64,000 bases of DNA. Source: Microthyrium microscopicum (lineage: Eukaryota). The notes beneath the pieces were generated by a model. That model did no database searches. It was given only the letters and a program-made list of their open reading frames with translations, and had not been told where the DNA came from. Of this stretch, positions 14,175 through 27,900 are shown one piece after another (position 1 is the first letter of the stretch; each line of letters starts with the position of its first letter). The DNA is taken from assembly GCA_010405405.1 (NCBI GenBank), contig MU004238.1, forward strand, positions 631,530 through 695,529. Direction: 5' to 3'. The position numbers and the translations under genes were made by a program.

Positions 14175-15865
14175 TCACCGTGATCGCTCTTCGCAAACAG
14201 TGCAGAGACACTTATCAAACCATTGGAGCAGTGCATGAGACCCATGTTGAAGGGTATCCAAGTCCACATAACTGACACTGAGTTCCTCGCCCTTGGAAAT
14301 GTGTCGTCGAGCTCTGAATACTATTCCCCCGTGATCTGGCTCGATCAAAACGCTGGGATTGCAACTGTGATTGAAAAGAGGCTGAATGAAGCCTAAGCTA
14401 TGAATGATTGGATGCTTACTTTGGCGAGGGTTTGGCCTGTTTGACTTCCTCATCTGGGAAACCTGTGGTTTTGACTGGAGCTGAGCAGGTCTTGATATCA
14501 TGTTTGCACCAATTCGATTTAGTATGTTGATGATCACCCATGTGTCGAACTGTGAGGCTCGAAAAATGTCTACACCAAGCTCCTGGAGGATTGAAATGGG
14601 CCTTTGAATATGCGTCTTGAATGAGAATGGAAATCTGACTCCATTGCTGATACGAAAGTCGGCCTTCCAGCGAGATATGACAGGATGCAGTAAAGGATGA
14701 ATATCCCCATTGGCCAAGGAATCGATGCATGATGCAAGTAGTCGAGGCAAAAGTTGAATCGGTGGGAAGAAATGGCTCATATCTTTGGCGCAAAAAGATA
14801 ACAAGCGCTCAGACGGCCGAGACGTGTGGGTGTTCATTGTAATAGCAGCTTTCAGACATTGCTTGGAGCAATATGTAGCCTGTGAACCTTTGGCGATGAA
14901 CTTCTTCCGTGAAGATACCCGATCAAAGCAGTAGTTGCAAAGTGACATCGAGCTACCTTCGCACACTGCAATCATTTGGACATCCTTGATGATCAGTTCG
15001 CCTTTCTGTATATTACGTACAGCAAACATGGATACCTCTTCAACACTCGAATCGTCCCAATGCGAAGCCTCCAACGCAGAGGTAGGCTCAGCTTGGCTAG
15101 ACGTAGATCGGATCTCCCCATTCATGCGTGGAATGAACTGCTTGGGACGCCTGTTGCTTCTTAGTGGGATGTGATATCAACACTTTGTATTCCGTACCTA
15201 AGATACTCTCCACTCATCCAAGGATAAGGCTTTCGAAGTATTTCGCCAAATAGATGTGGAATCATTGCACTTGACCCTTTCAGACTGCCATGTAGACTCA
15301 GGAATCTTCTCAGCGATTCCTTGGCAGTGTCTCTGTGTATCTGGAATTCTACTGTCTGTGGGAATACCTCGACCATTTGACTAGCTAGATCGATAGCATC
15401 CTGAAAGCAATGTGTCTTCTGCAAAGCCTCGAGCATCATTAGGGAGGACATTAGCTTCAGTGCCGAAACTTGTTCCTGTTGGTCGTCAAACTCTGGGTTA
15501 TCCTGAGTTTGGGTGATTGGATCGTTGATATTGGTGTAAGTGCTGGTCTCATTGGAGTACAGCCGAGAGTCGCAAAGCAATTGGCACTTGTACAGGTCGC
15601 CCATTGCTAGCTCTAGAATACCAAGCTCCAAAAGTACAATGCCTCTTTTTAGCCACAAGGTGGCATCTCTAGGCCGCTCGGAAAGTCCAACTGAAAGCGC
15701 TTGTCCATCGAGAAGTAGTTGTTGAAGGCGTTGATACCTCTTCGCTCTGTTAGCGGAGGGAGCTTCGTGGGATTGTGATTGCATAAGAAATGAATGAACT
15801 GACCGCGAAATCCGTCGTTTGATCAGAGTATGTAGCCTCTGGACTAGTGGGATAATATCTTTCAA
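14175..15865 (-). CDS. TPR-like + SET/post-SET lysine methyltransferase (SMYD-like, degenerate MYND finger)
   Basis: The two ORFs join through a 47-nt intron (15152-15198, GTACGG..CAACAG) giving YLRRPKQFIPRMNGEI; motifs FNHSCNPS, GEELSVSY, CLCTVC. Start codon uncertain. Confidence 0.8.
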
Positions 15866-16859
15866 GATCCCAAATTTGATCCATCGTGTAAAAACCAGGC
15901 GTATTTACGACTCCCTTTTACATGTCGTTGAAGCCAATGTTGTCGTTTAGATGTTAGCTGTGAAACTTTGGACAGGACGAATGAGCAAGCGATACGGGCA
16001 TGAACAAATACTGTGTTGAAATTTTGATCTACTTTCATTGCAGGATCTTCTCGTACGTCCAGAAAAAAATCGACTAATGGTAGAACGGTACACAGATAAA
16101 CCATCATGTAGATTCCCGCTACGCCGAATTAGTGATGCAGTCATGTCTTGCAGTGAGCAATCTCGCGATCATACGAATCTAGGAATTTCAGTCAACCGGA
16201 AGCACCAAGACATAGCAAGAAAAGGTTATTCGGCAGCTCATGGACTTGTGATTGGAGCTCCGACAGCGTTTATCGTCTTGAGACTAGGTTCTTTTCGCAC
16301 GCGTCTGCATAGTGACATGTCGATATCAAATGATCGATGTATGCAAGAGGATTATCCGATGCAGGCCAAAATTATCCGATGCATCACACAACGGTACATA
16401 CACAAATCACAGATCACAGATCAGATTATAGGACAACGGTGGCCAACTTAGATTCAATAGAGGCCCCTGAGATTGAACAAAACAATATCGATTAACAGAT
16501 TATTTGTAGGAAGCTATAAAAATGGAACAACATCCAAGAATTAGACAAGTACTAGTATGGAGAATATACGGACCCTCACACTGGTTCATCATGACCGATA
16601 TCGGTACAGCTCTTGCAGGGTGAAAGCTTTCATAATGATTGCGGTATTGACTCGAATGATACTTTCTAAGACGATGGAATCTTGAACAGCCACACACGGG
16701 ATATATGCGGGATCATCTTGTACCACCCACGGCTACGTACTGCTAACGCCTCTGTGTGACAGCGAGCACAGCCTTAAGAAGCTTCGCGAAAGGTGGTACG
16801 ATTCATTGCTTACCGCTACGACACTGATGATGGTGTTTTCCCCGAGAAATTGAATCTCC

Positions 16860-18749
16860 TCAGCTCGGGTTAGGCTTATTGCCAACATCCAGCTCATCAA
16901 TTGATATCTCCTTTGGTTCGCGAGGCAATCTTAAAGCAAGAAAATTGGCGCTGGCTCGTTCTGCCTTTTCAGCTATACCAGTCATGTATTTCACCACTTG
17001 ATCCTCCGGAGCTGCTACCTTCTCGAAGAAGTTCAGTAGAGTTGGATCGGAAGGAGCCTCGAACCGTACGGTCAGAGGTTGGTAAAATATCTTCTCAGAA
17101 TTTCCAGTCGTTCCTACTGGTTGTCCATCCGATTCCTTGGTTTCGGGCTTTGGATCAAGATTCATCGCGTCTGGATTGGGTGACTGAGCCCCTTCCTTAC
17201 CTTTCTTCTTCTCATTACTTCTCTTCTTACCCTCCGCCGTATCTGCCGCAAATAGTTCGGACTCTTTCTTGACCACGAGGAAGCTGGCTAGAACCTTGGA
17301 ACGTTTTTCGTCGTACTCCAAGATAGTGTTCTTTGGGAAAAGAAATCGGTCCGTGGAATTTTGACTGAATTCCATCAACACATGCAGAGGCTGAGGGACA
17401 AATACTTGTCGAGGAGGACGAGGAGGAGTGGGCTGAAAAGATGGCCGTGGTATTGGGTTTGTAGGTGCAGCTCGAGCTATTGGTGACTGATAGCTAAGTG
17501 GTTGTTGAAAAGGTCGACTGATACTATGGTTTGCGCCTTGACCAACCTGATAAGGAGCACGAGGCCCTGTATATTGGTGTTGCTGAGCAGCGAGCGCTTT
17601 CCTACGCTCTTCTGCTGCAGCAGCCTCCCTGTCCTTCACGATCCTGGTCAGTTCGTCAATATGGCCTTGGAAATAAGTCAGCTGTTCCGGCGTAGCCTCA
17701 TTTCCGGCCACAAGTTTCATGACCTGCTTTAAAGCATTATCATTCTGAGCTCTTTGGGCTAGCATTTGAATGACAGGATCTGTAGCCGCAGATGGAGGTC
17801 TTGCAGGTGGAGCAGGCTGCCTCGGAGCGGTGGCTGGAGGGCCCATTGGACTTGGTCTGGCGACTGGAGCGGTTGGTGTTGGCCGATTTTGATTTTGATT
17901 CTGTGAGGTTATATTTTGTGGAGTATTCGATGCACCTGAGCTGGCTGCTGGTGATGGTGAGTATGAGGATGCTGTTGTAGGCTTTGCCACTGGAGTATAG
18001 ATAGTTGGGGTTGTTGAAAGAGGTTTTGACTGTTGCTGAAGTGGTGTGAGTGAGCTAGCCGTAGTTGGATATAGTGGCTTGTTTCCATGAGTTGACTGAG
18101 GTGTGATGGGAGGGCGATAAGAGCCAGCTTGATACGTAGAATGAGTACTCGGCGAATTGGTAGGTCCAAAACTGCCGACAAATTGGCGGTCTTGCTGCGG
18201 TGGTTGGGGTGGTACCGTTGTGTCTTTGATCACGAAGATGGTCACATCAAAGATGTGTGGCTCAACAATCATTTTGCAAGTCCCCATCCTGGTCATAGGT
18301 GGCCTTGAATCTTTGGTGGTTGATTTAGTTCCCTCTGGCAAATCTTTCTTCTTCTTGTATGTTGCCTTGGACCAAAATTTCTCGAAAACGCAATCCGAGA
18401 GCCATTGTTGCTTAGATCGAGCTAGGGAAGTCGTTAAAACTCCACTTTCTCCAACACTGTACCATTCAGAGTCCTTGAGGTCTTCTGGTTGCGATTTGGG
18501 GAGCGAAGGTAAGCTTTCACCATCGACTAGTTTGTTGGGCAGCACAACAACCCGAGGTTTCTCTTCTTCCTTTTTTACACTTTGTTCGTTCTCAGCGCCT
18601 GATGTGACTGTCTTTTCCTTCTTTGAGGGTCGTCCTCTTTTGCCGGGGCCTCTGGGACTTTGCTTCGGAGCTTCGGAGTCTGCAGCTTCATCGCGTTGTT
18701 TTGCCGCTGGTTCGCGCAGGCGCATAGATGTTCGACGTGTTTCGGGCAT
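16860..18749 (-). CDS. SWC3: SWR1 complex subunit Swc3-like protein
   Basis: 629-aa ORF with blocks recalled from Pezizomycotina Swc3: FEKFWSK, IVEPHIFDV, DPVIQMLAQRA, DRFLFPKNTILEY. Confidence 0.75.
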   Translation of the reverse strand: MPETRRTSMRLREPAAKQRDEAADSEAPKQSPRGPGKRGRPSKKEKTVTSGAENEQSVKKEEEKPRVVVLPNKLVDGESLPSLPKSQPEDLKDSEWYSVGESGVLTTSLARSKQQWLSDCVFEKFWSKATYKKKKDLPEGTKSTTKDSRPPMTRMGTCKMIVEPHIFDVTIFVIKDTTVPPQPPQQDRQFVGSFGPTNSPSTHSTYQAGSYRPPITPQSTHGNKPLYPTTASSLTPLQQQSKPLSTTPTIYTPVAKPTTASSYSPSPAASSGASNTPQNITSQNQNQNRPTPTAPVARPSPMGPPATAPRQPAPPARPPSAATDPVIQMLAQRAQNDNALKQVMKLVAGNEATPEQLTYFQGHIDELTRIVKDREAAAAEERRKALAAQQHQYTGPRAPYQVGQGANHSISRPFQQPLSYQSPIARAAPTNPIPRPSFQPTPPRPPRQVFVPQPLHVLMEFSQNSTDRFLFPKNTILEYDEKRSKVLASFLVVKKESELFAADTAEGKKRSNEKKKGKEGAQSPNPDAMNLDPKPETKESDGQPVGTTGNSEKIFYQPLTVRFEAPSDPTLLNFFEKVAAPEDQVVKYMTGIAEKAERASANFLALRLPREPKEISIDELDVGNKPNPS

Positions 18750-19022
18750 TTTGAGGGTACAGAAGGATGGAGCTCATCTACGGGATGATTTGGGGCTGTA
18801 TTGGGTGAGAGCTGTGCATGCTTCAAGGCGTTGACTTGGCTGAGGTGTTGGGTTGTTTGACTTTCGCGATGACCGAATGTGGAAGGTGTAGCCTCCCACG
18901 TGGACAGCACAGCATCCTGATCTTCAGATCTAGAGTGTAGGCAGCCAGATTCCTACATCTTCTTCAAAAAAGACATGTAATTCCAATTAATTGCTTCCTC
19001 TCTATCTCTGAATCCAAGGAGG

Positions 19023-20388
19023 ATGATACGTACGCTGGCGGTTATCGGCTTTGCGCCGGTGGCTGGATATGCCATCTTCCTACTACTTCTGATGAACCCC
19101 TGGGCTCAACGCCAGTAAGAATATTGAATCACCAAGTATGTGGACTTGATTAACTAAATTCTGCAAGGGCATTGTACGCCAACAACTTTCATACGTCTTG
19201 GTGGGACGATCTGGACGATCCAGAAGCTTGGGGATTTGGAAGTAATACTTAACAAGCGCAAAGTGTTTCATTTCACGACATCTAATTATGCTGTTAGAAA
19301 ATCAAGTAACTCCATTTTACATCGACACGCCGGACGGCTATAGCTTACACGTCTGGCACATCCTTCCTCGTGCACTCTACACGATATACGAGACGCAATT
19401 ACTCGCCGAGACTGTTGGTCCAAAGAATGAATTCAAGAAAACACTGGCCTATAGTCTCTTGAAGGATAGCCCGGATTCCAAATTGGTCATAAACTTTCAT
19501 GGAAACGCAGGCCATCTGCTACAGCATCAACGGCCCTATGTTTATCGCTCATTTTCGTCCTTGGATCCCAGTACTCACGTCATGGCGTTTTCCTATCGTG
19601 GCTTTGGTCGTTCTACAGGCCTTCCATCCGAACCAGGGCTTATTACAGACAGCATAAGTGTTGTTGATTACGCTCTTCGCGAACTCGGAATTGAACCAAG
19701 CAAGATGGCCTTGTGCGGGCAGTCGCTCGGAACAGCTAGCCTTAGTGGAGTAGCAGAATACTTCTCATCAAGCGGCCCCATGAGCGTTGAGCTTCCCTTT
19801 GCCACAGAAACAAGAAGGAAAGTAGACTTTGCAACCATTGTACTTGTTTCCGGTTTTAGTGATCTAAAGACAATGCTCCTCAAGTACAGCATTGGAGGCA
19901 TGTTCCCCATTCTAGCACCATTGGCGTGGATACCTGGTCTACAGGCCATATTGACAGGCAGCGTTCACGAGCCATGGGAATCCAAGACTCGGATAGCCAA
20001 AGTTATTGCAGAAGCGGTTCAAGATATTGAAGACAACAAGCTATCCAGACATCTCAATATCCAGCTGATACATGCGCTGGATGATCCTGATATACCCTAT
20101 GAGAATTCTCAGCAAATATTTGACATTTCTCGTGAAGCATGTTATTCTGCCTCCAAGGCAGTTGATCAGGCACGACCTGATTTGATCGAAAACGGATTGT
20201 TACAAGAACAATTGACATGGGGAAATCCCGTAGGGTTGTCTCTCATCAAGAGATTTGTGAGGAAGGGCGGTATGTAACACCTTGATCAATATGATGAACA
20301 ATACTCACAGTTTTTAGGACATAACGAAGTTGCAGCAAGTAGTGTTGTTGCTGGTGCATTAATGAGAGGGCTAGGAATCATAGAGTGA
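19023..20388 (+). CDS. ABHD12/13-like alpha/beta hydrolase with N-terminal membrane anchor; 4 exons
   Basis: FHGNAG, SYRGFGRSTG.PSEPGL, GQSLG nucleophile, HALDD, catalytic His in last exon (GGHN). Confidence 0.85.
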
Positions 20389-20629
20389 TATCTATAATGT
20401 ATACTAATCTATCATAGTCGAATATCGACAAAAACGCTTCAACTTGGGTCTCTCAACCGTGTCAAACATGCTAATCTTACAATGCTTTGCTCCATATTGA
20501 GTTGAGTGGTCCAATGTTTTACGACGCCTTCGATGCTAAATGTCCGTCCAAAATAAGTACAGGTGCGTTTGGAATATTCGAACAGAGGTATGCTACAATA
20601 TAAAGATGTGAAGATTCGCAGAAAACAAT

Positions 20630-23072
20630 TTACTTCTTCAGTCTCTCTTCTTGCCACTTTTGGTGCTTGGCTATGAGTTCTTTTTGTAATTGGCCACTTG
20701 CTGGAGCGTAATGACTGAACTCCATGCTGAACTCACCCTTCCCTTGAGTAGAAGCACGAAGATGAGAAGAGAACCCAAACATGGCATTCAAACTGCAATC
20801 TGCGTTGATCGTGAACTCCTCGACTCCAGTCTCCGTATCGTTGATAACTGCATTTCGTTTGTTGAGGAGACCAACAACGTTGGCTTGAAACTCAGTTGGC
20901 GCGGTGACTGTCGTTTTCATGAGCGGTTCAAGGACTTGAGGAGCTGCTTGCATGAAAGCCTTGCGGAAAGCCTGTTGAGTAGCAATCTTGAAAGAATGTT
21001 CAGAAGAATCTGTAGTATGAGTGGCACCATCATTGATAACCATGCGAGTACCAAGCACTTTGTGTCCAAGCATGGGACCTTTTTCGCACGCTGCCATGAA
21101 TCCTTTTTCGGTAGCAAACATGAACTTTTCGGAAATGTGGCCACCAGTAACTTGGTCCTCATACTCATTCTTGCCCAGATCACCTGTGGGTTCAATCCAT
21201 CCAATGACACGAGCGAAATCTCCAGGGCCACCGGTCTGTTTTTTAAGCAAGTGATCGAATTTCACTTCCTGTTGAATGGTTTCGCGATAGGCGACTTGTG
21301 GCTGACCAGTTGCACAGTCGACTTTGTATTCACGTCGCATCCGTTCAATGTAAATTTCAAGATGAAGTTCTCCCATTCCAGATATGATTGTTTCTTGGGA
21401 TTCGGCATCGACATGTACACGGAAGGTAGGATCCTCTCGAGTAAATCTGTTCATGGCCTTGGAGAAGTTGCTTGCATCCTTTTTGTTTTTTGGATTGATA
21501 GATAGCGCAACGACCGGTTCAGGAACGAACATGGAAGTCTAATGCAAGTCAGATAAGAAAGTAGATGACGTTCGGGATCAAATTTACCATGGAGTAGTGA
21601 ATGTTACCATCTGTAAAGGTATCACCACTGGCGCAGTCGACACCAAACACGGCGCATATTTCACCAGCACCAATCTCTTGTACTTCTTCCATCTCATTGG
21701 AATGCATACGAACAATGCGCGGTACCCGAATCTTCTTGTTTGATCTAGCATCAAAGATATTCATAGCTTTCTTCAATGTTCCTTGGTACACTCGAATGTA
21801 TGTCAATTGCCCATAGTTGGATTCTTCTAATTTGAATGCCAGGCCAACAAATGGCAATTCCTGATAAGGTATGAGCTTGACACTGGCTTCCTTTCGTCTT
21901 TGATCAAGGGCCAGATTTTCTACCTCTGAAGGATTTGGTAGGTAGTCGCATACAGCATCCAGCATTGGCTGGATTGATTTATCTGCCAAAGCTGAACCAA
22001 CGCATACTGGGGTGAATTTGAGAGCAATAGTAGCCCGCCGTATAGCAGCCTTTAGTTGCGCTTGTGTTGGTTCTTGCTCATCAAGGAAGAGTTCGGCGAT
22101 CTCATCATCAACATCAGCCAGAGTTTCAATCAGTTTAGCTCTACGCTCTTGGGCCACGGATAATAGGTTGGCCGGTATCTCATCAGTCATCCGAATGGTT
22201 TCGCCTCTGGGTCCTTCGTTATAAATGGCTTTCATACGTACCAAATCTACTACACCTTGAAACTCTTTCTCGGTTCCTATCGGAACTTGAATAGCAGCAG
22301 CTGGTATTCGGAGCTTCGTGTTGATTTGATCAATCACCTTGAATGGATTTGCACCCATTCGGTCCATTTTGTTGATGAATGAGATTCTGGGAACGTTGTA
22401 CCGGCGCATTTGTCGATCGACTGTGATTGTTTGACTTTGTACTCCGGACACGGCGCATAGAATCATGACAGCTCCATCAAGGACTCTGAGCGCACGCTCA
22501 ACCTCGATTGTAAAGTCAATATGGCCTGGAGTATCGATTAGGTTGATGTGATATTTGTCTTCTGTTCCATCGTCATTCTTCTTGTTCCAGTCACAAAATG
22601 TTGCTGCGGATTGAATTGTGATTCCTTTCTCGCGCTCCAATTCCATAGAGTCCATCTTTGCGCCAACAGAATCTTTGCCTCTGACTTCGTGGATCGATCC
22701 GATACGACCAGTGTAGAATAAGACGCGTTCCGTGGCAGTGGTTTTGCCGCTGTCTATATGTGCAGCGATTCCAATATTTCGAACCCTTGATAACCTATGC
22801 GCCTCTTCAGGTGGTATATTTTTGATGATGTCCTCCAAGTTGAGGTTATCTGGATCTTGTTTCGCTTGCTCGAACACGGCAGCAGCAGCGCTTTCCCATC
22901 GTGATTGTTGCCATTGTCGTCCTTGTGCTGTACATGATCGCGTGGGTCTGGCAAAGGGGCTCGTCTGGAGGAATAATGCGCGTGTACGTGGAAAGGGAGC
23001 TTGAGAGAAAGAGCGAGAATGACGAGCAGCACACAAGGCTAGGCTTCGAGCCTGACTTAACTGTGCTCTCAT
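20630..23072 (-). CDS. MEF1: Mitochondrial elongation factor G1; 2 exons
   Basis: Presequence, [36 protein letters not shown]. Confidence 0.96.
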
Positions 23073-24151
23073 TGAAAAGAAGGTAGCGCCGAAAAACTAT
23101 ATATTGACCGTCGATTTCATGTTGCGAAATACTTCAAAAAAAATCTCAGAATCATGTGGAAATAAGGATGGAGATAAGTCCAAGATGCACTACTATTTTA
23201 TCTAATCTTATCTAAATCTTATCAGTGATGAAAATCTCAAGGCTCAAGCTCTCTCGAGTCTCTCCCATGTTAACTTCATGTCTCCAGTTGTATGAAAGCG
23301 GTTGTCTCATGTCTAGCTGTCCTACCTATAATGCGTGAGTTACTATGCGGAGTAAGGTGTAGAGCACAGCCTCAGGGAATATTGCGTAAGTGCCAGGCAA
23401 CGGGTGATTTGGGCAAACAGGCCCGACTGTGCTAACATTCCTATCAAACGGCGGAACGACAGCTATGCACTTTGGAACTCCCTATATTGACTTCACTTTG
23501 AAGCAGCTCTGAGCCAATAAAGGACATATCCCTTTCCATAATACACCGGTAGGTGTCCGACAAGAAGGTGCATAGGCCATCGCATGTGTAACCTCAGGAT
23601 CTAAACATTCTCCACGGCAGAGAAAGGGCTCGATACTACATCGTAGTCAATGGCCTTTTGCCGTTACTTTGGTCTTCCGCTGGTACCTACCTGCTAGAAA
23701 GACTGTTACGAAGTCATGTGGCGCAGCATGACCAGAGCCCTGTATACCTATACCTTTAGATTTGCATCAGGGTGCATGTGGGGCAAGTCCAACAGCTCCC
23801 GAAGGAGCCGTGGCTTCATGTCGTCACTTGGTTGCTTTAGCACTTTCCCAATCGAAGCTTGTCCCTTGGCTGCCCTACGCTATTGGGTTGTTTGTAACTG
23901 TGGAAGTGGGCTGAGCATTAAGCAAGTGCCAGCCAAGCAGTTGAGCTTACAGGTACAGTAACGGGTGAAATAAGCTCAATCCTCAGCATTCGCAAACAGA
24001 ATCGCCAACAAACACCACCAACATAAAACTCTTCTGTCCAGCAGTTTCATCATCTTCAACCTTTCTCTCAGCTACCCTACAACTGTTCTTCTCTCTTCCT
24101 CTTTTCTGGTCCATCTTTCACAACCTATCTGTTCACATAACATTCGAAGCT

Positions 24152-26379
24152 ATGGGAGTAAGTTTTTCCCCTATACCAACCATTGATTTCTCCAAATCGA
24201 CATCGCGACGTATACTCTAACATATTGACAGTTGGCTTCTAAGCTTGCTGCCTCCAACCAAGGAGGAGGCTACGGCGGTCCTCCTCCACCAGCTCAGGGT
24301 GGTCAAGGCGGCTATGTATGTCGTTACCTACAGTATCAAGTTGCCATTTGAATGCTGATTGATGAATAGCCTGGACAGCAACCATATCAAGCCTACCCAG
24401 GAGGTCAAGTGAGTTCATTTTCCTTAGCGCTCATCCTTTAATTCCTTCATACCACTTTCCGACCATGTTATAATTCACGGTACCACCGGATGCACCCCGC
24501 AAGGCAATTTCCAGTTTGAAGACAAGCTCTGTTTGCCCCTCCTTTATGTTGACTGCCAAACTGCCCTGACTGCCTTGTCTACGCCAATCGTCATCAGCTC
24601 CGCCACCATTTGCAACCATATAACGCATATAATTTCTCTCGCCAAGCCTCCGACACAAACAATTATTTCCTATCATTCTTTCTGTTAACATGTCCGGCAA
24701 GCCATATCAAGCGTACCCTGGCCAAGCGGCGTATCCGGGCCAAGCAAACCCTCAGTATAACCAACAACCTCCATACCCGCAGCAAAACCAGCAAGGTCCA
24801 TATTCGCAAGGACAATATCCGAACCACCAAACGCAGCACGGATATGGCCAACAACAACAAGGATATGGTCAACAACCACAACAGGGATATGGTCAACAGC
24901 AACCGCCGCAGAACTATGCGCAGTATGGGCAAAGCCAACCACCTTACCCGTCGTCTTCACCCTATCCACAGAGCCCTGGACCTGGCTACGTTCGTCTCGA
25001 CTTGCTTTTTTTATTCTACAATGAATGAACTATTACTGACTTTATGATTATAGGGAGGTCCACCTCAGCAGCAAGGCCAATACGGTCAAGGCCCACCACC
25101 ACCACAGGGACAAGGTGGATATCAACAGCCTGGTGCGCCTGGTGGTTATGGTCAACAAGGCCAACGCCCACCTCAACAAGGACCAGGTCCACAGGCTTAC
25201 AAGAATCTTTTGAATAAATGTATTCAAGAAAATCGCCTACAGGCTTTCTATCCACCAAACTCTCCACAGCTCGACCAAATTGCAAACAAAGCGGTGCAAT
25301 CCATTCCTCAACTTGCACAGCGATGGCGCATTCCCATGGAGGTCGCCAATGAACTCGTACAATTGGGACTATACGATATTGTTATCTTCATTGGTGAAAT
25401 CAGACAGTTCCCATATCGTTCAAAGTTTTGCTAATGAATACAGATGACTCTGGTTCTATGGCTTTCGAAGAAGGTGGTGAGCGTATCAAGGACTTGCGCC
25501 TTATTCTGGATCGAGTCGCTTCTACTGCAACCAACTTTGATGAGGATGGAATATCAATTCGATTCATGAATGCCAACTACCCGCAAAATGTACTCGAGAA
25601 CATTCGGTCAGAACAACAGATCGGTCAGCTCATGGAGACTGTTCAATACAAAGGCTTGACTCCCATGGGAACCGAGTTGCGCAAAAAGGTCGTTGACGGA
25701 ATCATCCTATCCAAAGTCCGCGATCGTCGATACACCAAGCCACATCTTGTCATCTGCATCACTGACGGCCAACCTGCTGGAGAAGCTCAAAATACTGTTA
25801 CAGACACTATCAAGTACGCTGTCAATGAGGTTGGCCGTCAATTTGGTGGTGGTGGTGTTGCTTTCCAGTTCGCCCAGGTTGGAAACGATCAGAAGGCGAG
25901 AGAGTTCTTGGCAAAGCTAGACGAGGACCCTGTGGTTGGAAATATGATTGATTGCACTTCCAGTAAGTTTGATGAGATAAGACTGAAGAACCTAGCGCTG
26001 ACTTGGTGTAGACTATGAAAATGAATCTGAGGAACTGCGCCAGCGTGGAGTGGACTTGACACCCGATCTGTGGCTCATCAAGCTCATGCTCGGAGCTATT
26101 GATCGTTCATATGACAGCAAAGACGAATCCGGAGCTAATGCTCCTCCAGCACATGCTCCTCAAGGCCAGTATGGTGCACCACCCGGTCAGCAACAGTACG
26201 GAGCTCCTCCTCAGCAAGGTTATGGTGGACCACCCCCTCAAGGACAGCAGTACCCAGGCCAAGGACCGCCACCTGGGCAATATGGTGGTCAACCTCAGCA
26301 AGGCTACGGCCGCGGCGGAGGTCCACCAGGAGGACCTGGAGGTTATCCTCAGCAAGGAGGTGGCAATGTGCGTTACTAG
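24152..26379 (+). CDS. vWA-domain protein with G/Q/P/Y-rich tails (similar to fungal proteins annotated RfeF); about 7 exons
   Basis: First exon ATGGGA, then LASKLAA...; MIDAS motif FIDDSGSM, TPMG, ITDG; low-complexity N- and C-termini. Confidence 0.85.
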
Positions 26380-27733
26380 CACCCGTAATCTCTGATCTTG
26401 TAAACGGACGGTCTGGGAAAGGTATTTCGGTGTAGTGGACTTGAAGTCTCCTGCATAACACGTCAAGGAACAATCCTTGTGGAAGTGTGCTGGACTTGTT
26501 TTGTGTTAGCTGTCATGGAAAGGATCTCACGATGGATGCTGCTTCCTCCTCGACCACCTAAATAGTTCTATGATTAGTAAATTTATAAATAATGCATGAT
26601 CTCATACTCATATTGTGGAATATGTCGCTTTCTAAAGACAATTGACAACAGATCCACATGGCATAAGATGTTGATGAATGCACGCCCGATAGCTAGAACA
26701 GATCCAGATGGCAATATGCGTCAGTGGCTTCCTTCGATTGAAATCTGAGATGATCTCGCATGTACAACAACAATGCATTATATTTGCGATGACCAGAGCT
26801 TCCAGTCCTGGGGCCGGGTCGTCGTTTAGGATAACCCTCATACCTGTGATAGGTACTTTGTGGATATCAAAAAGCTCTTGGTCTCATCGAGTGCACTAAA
26901 TACGTACGAGTTCGTCAATTTTTCATGTCAATGAGTCGGAAAAAACTAGATGGCGCTGCCAGCAGCTTTCTTGGCTGCCAGACGCTACACGCTATTTTCG
27001 GACTGTCAAAGGCTTTCAAACTTGATTGATTCGTCGAGTTCCATGGAAACATGATATCTCTCGTTTAACATGACGTTATCGTGTATCGTGAATAGAGCGG
27101 CAGATCGATAGACTTGATACATCATCGATGTTGTAGTCGATATAATCGTTCATTCGACCGAATTTAGACTCATAATCGAACAGTGATGGTCGCCGAGACA
27201 GTATCGTATCTGGAACGTTGACTGGTTGATACCAATTTTGGGCAGCCAGAATGTAGGCTGCCTAGGCCATGACTAGTGGATCCTTCCAAAGATTGACATA
27301 TTGGGGGTTCCGGGACGATCACTTTTCGGTTATGGGTGTAAAATGCGCTGAAGTTTAGAGATAGGGAAATATTTGCTTTGACTAACCAGAACGTGAACGC
27401 CAGATCAAACAAGAAAACAACTAATAAGTGTAAACTGTGTCTCTCAGTCTCTAACGCATTGATGAGGATAAGTCGATCCTGTGATAAGGTTATCACAATA
27501 TGCGAGTCGATATGCTGTACATGATCGTTTCCTGAGCATTCAAGGTGGCGCAACTTCTTGTTGCGAGGCGATCGACTTGATGCACATACAGAACTACCGG
27601 TAGGCAAAAACAATGAAGTAATGGTAGAACACAACTTCATTCTCTGTGTTTTATGAGGGTCATTACGCAAGAATAGATACGACATCGCTGGGATGTTTCT
27701 GATACCATGATCGCTCCTTCTGACTTTACAACA

Positions 27734-27900
27734 GGGTCGCTCTTTCTGCATTCAGAGCAGGTCGCTCTTTCCACCTTCAAATCTGGGTCGCTGCTTCTGC
27801 ATTGATAGCAGGTCGCTCTTTCCACCTTCAAATCTGGGTCGCTGCTTCTGCATTGATAGCAGGTCGCTCGCTCCTTCTGCGCTCAGAGCAGGGTCGTTCC
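27734..27900. repeat. 51-bp tandem repeat built from ~24-27-bp GGTCGCT subunits
   Basis: GTCGCT starts at 27761, 27812 and 27863 with exact copies between; degenerate subunits on both flanks. Confidence 0.9.
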
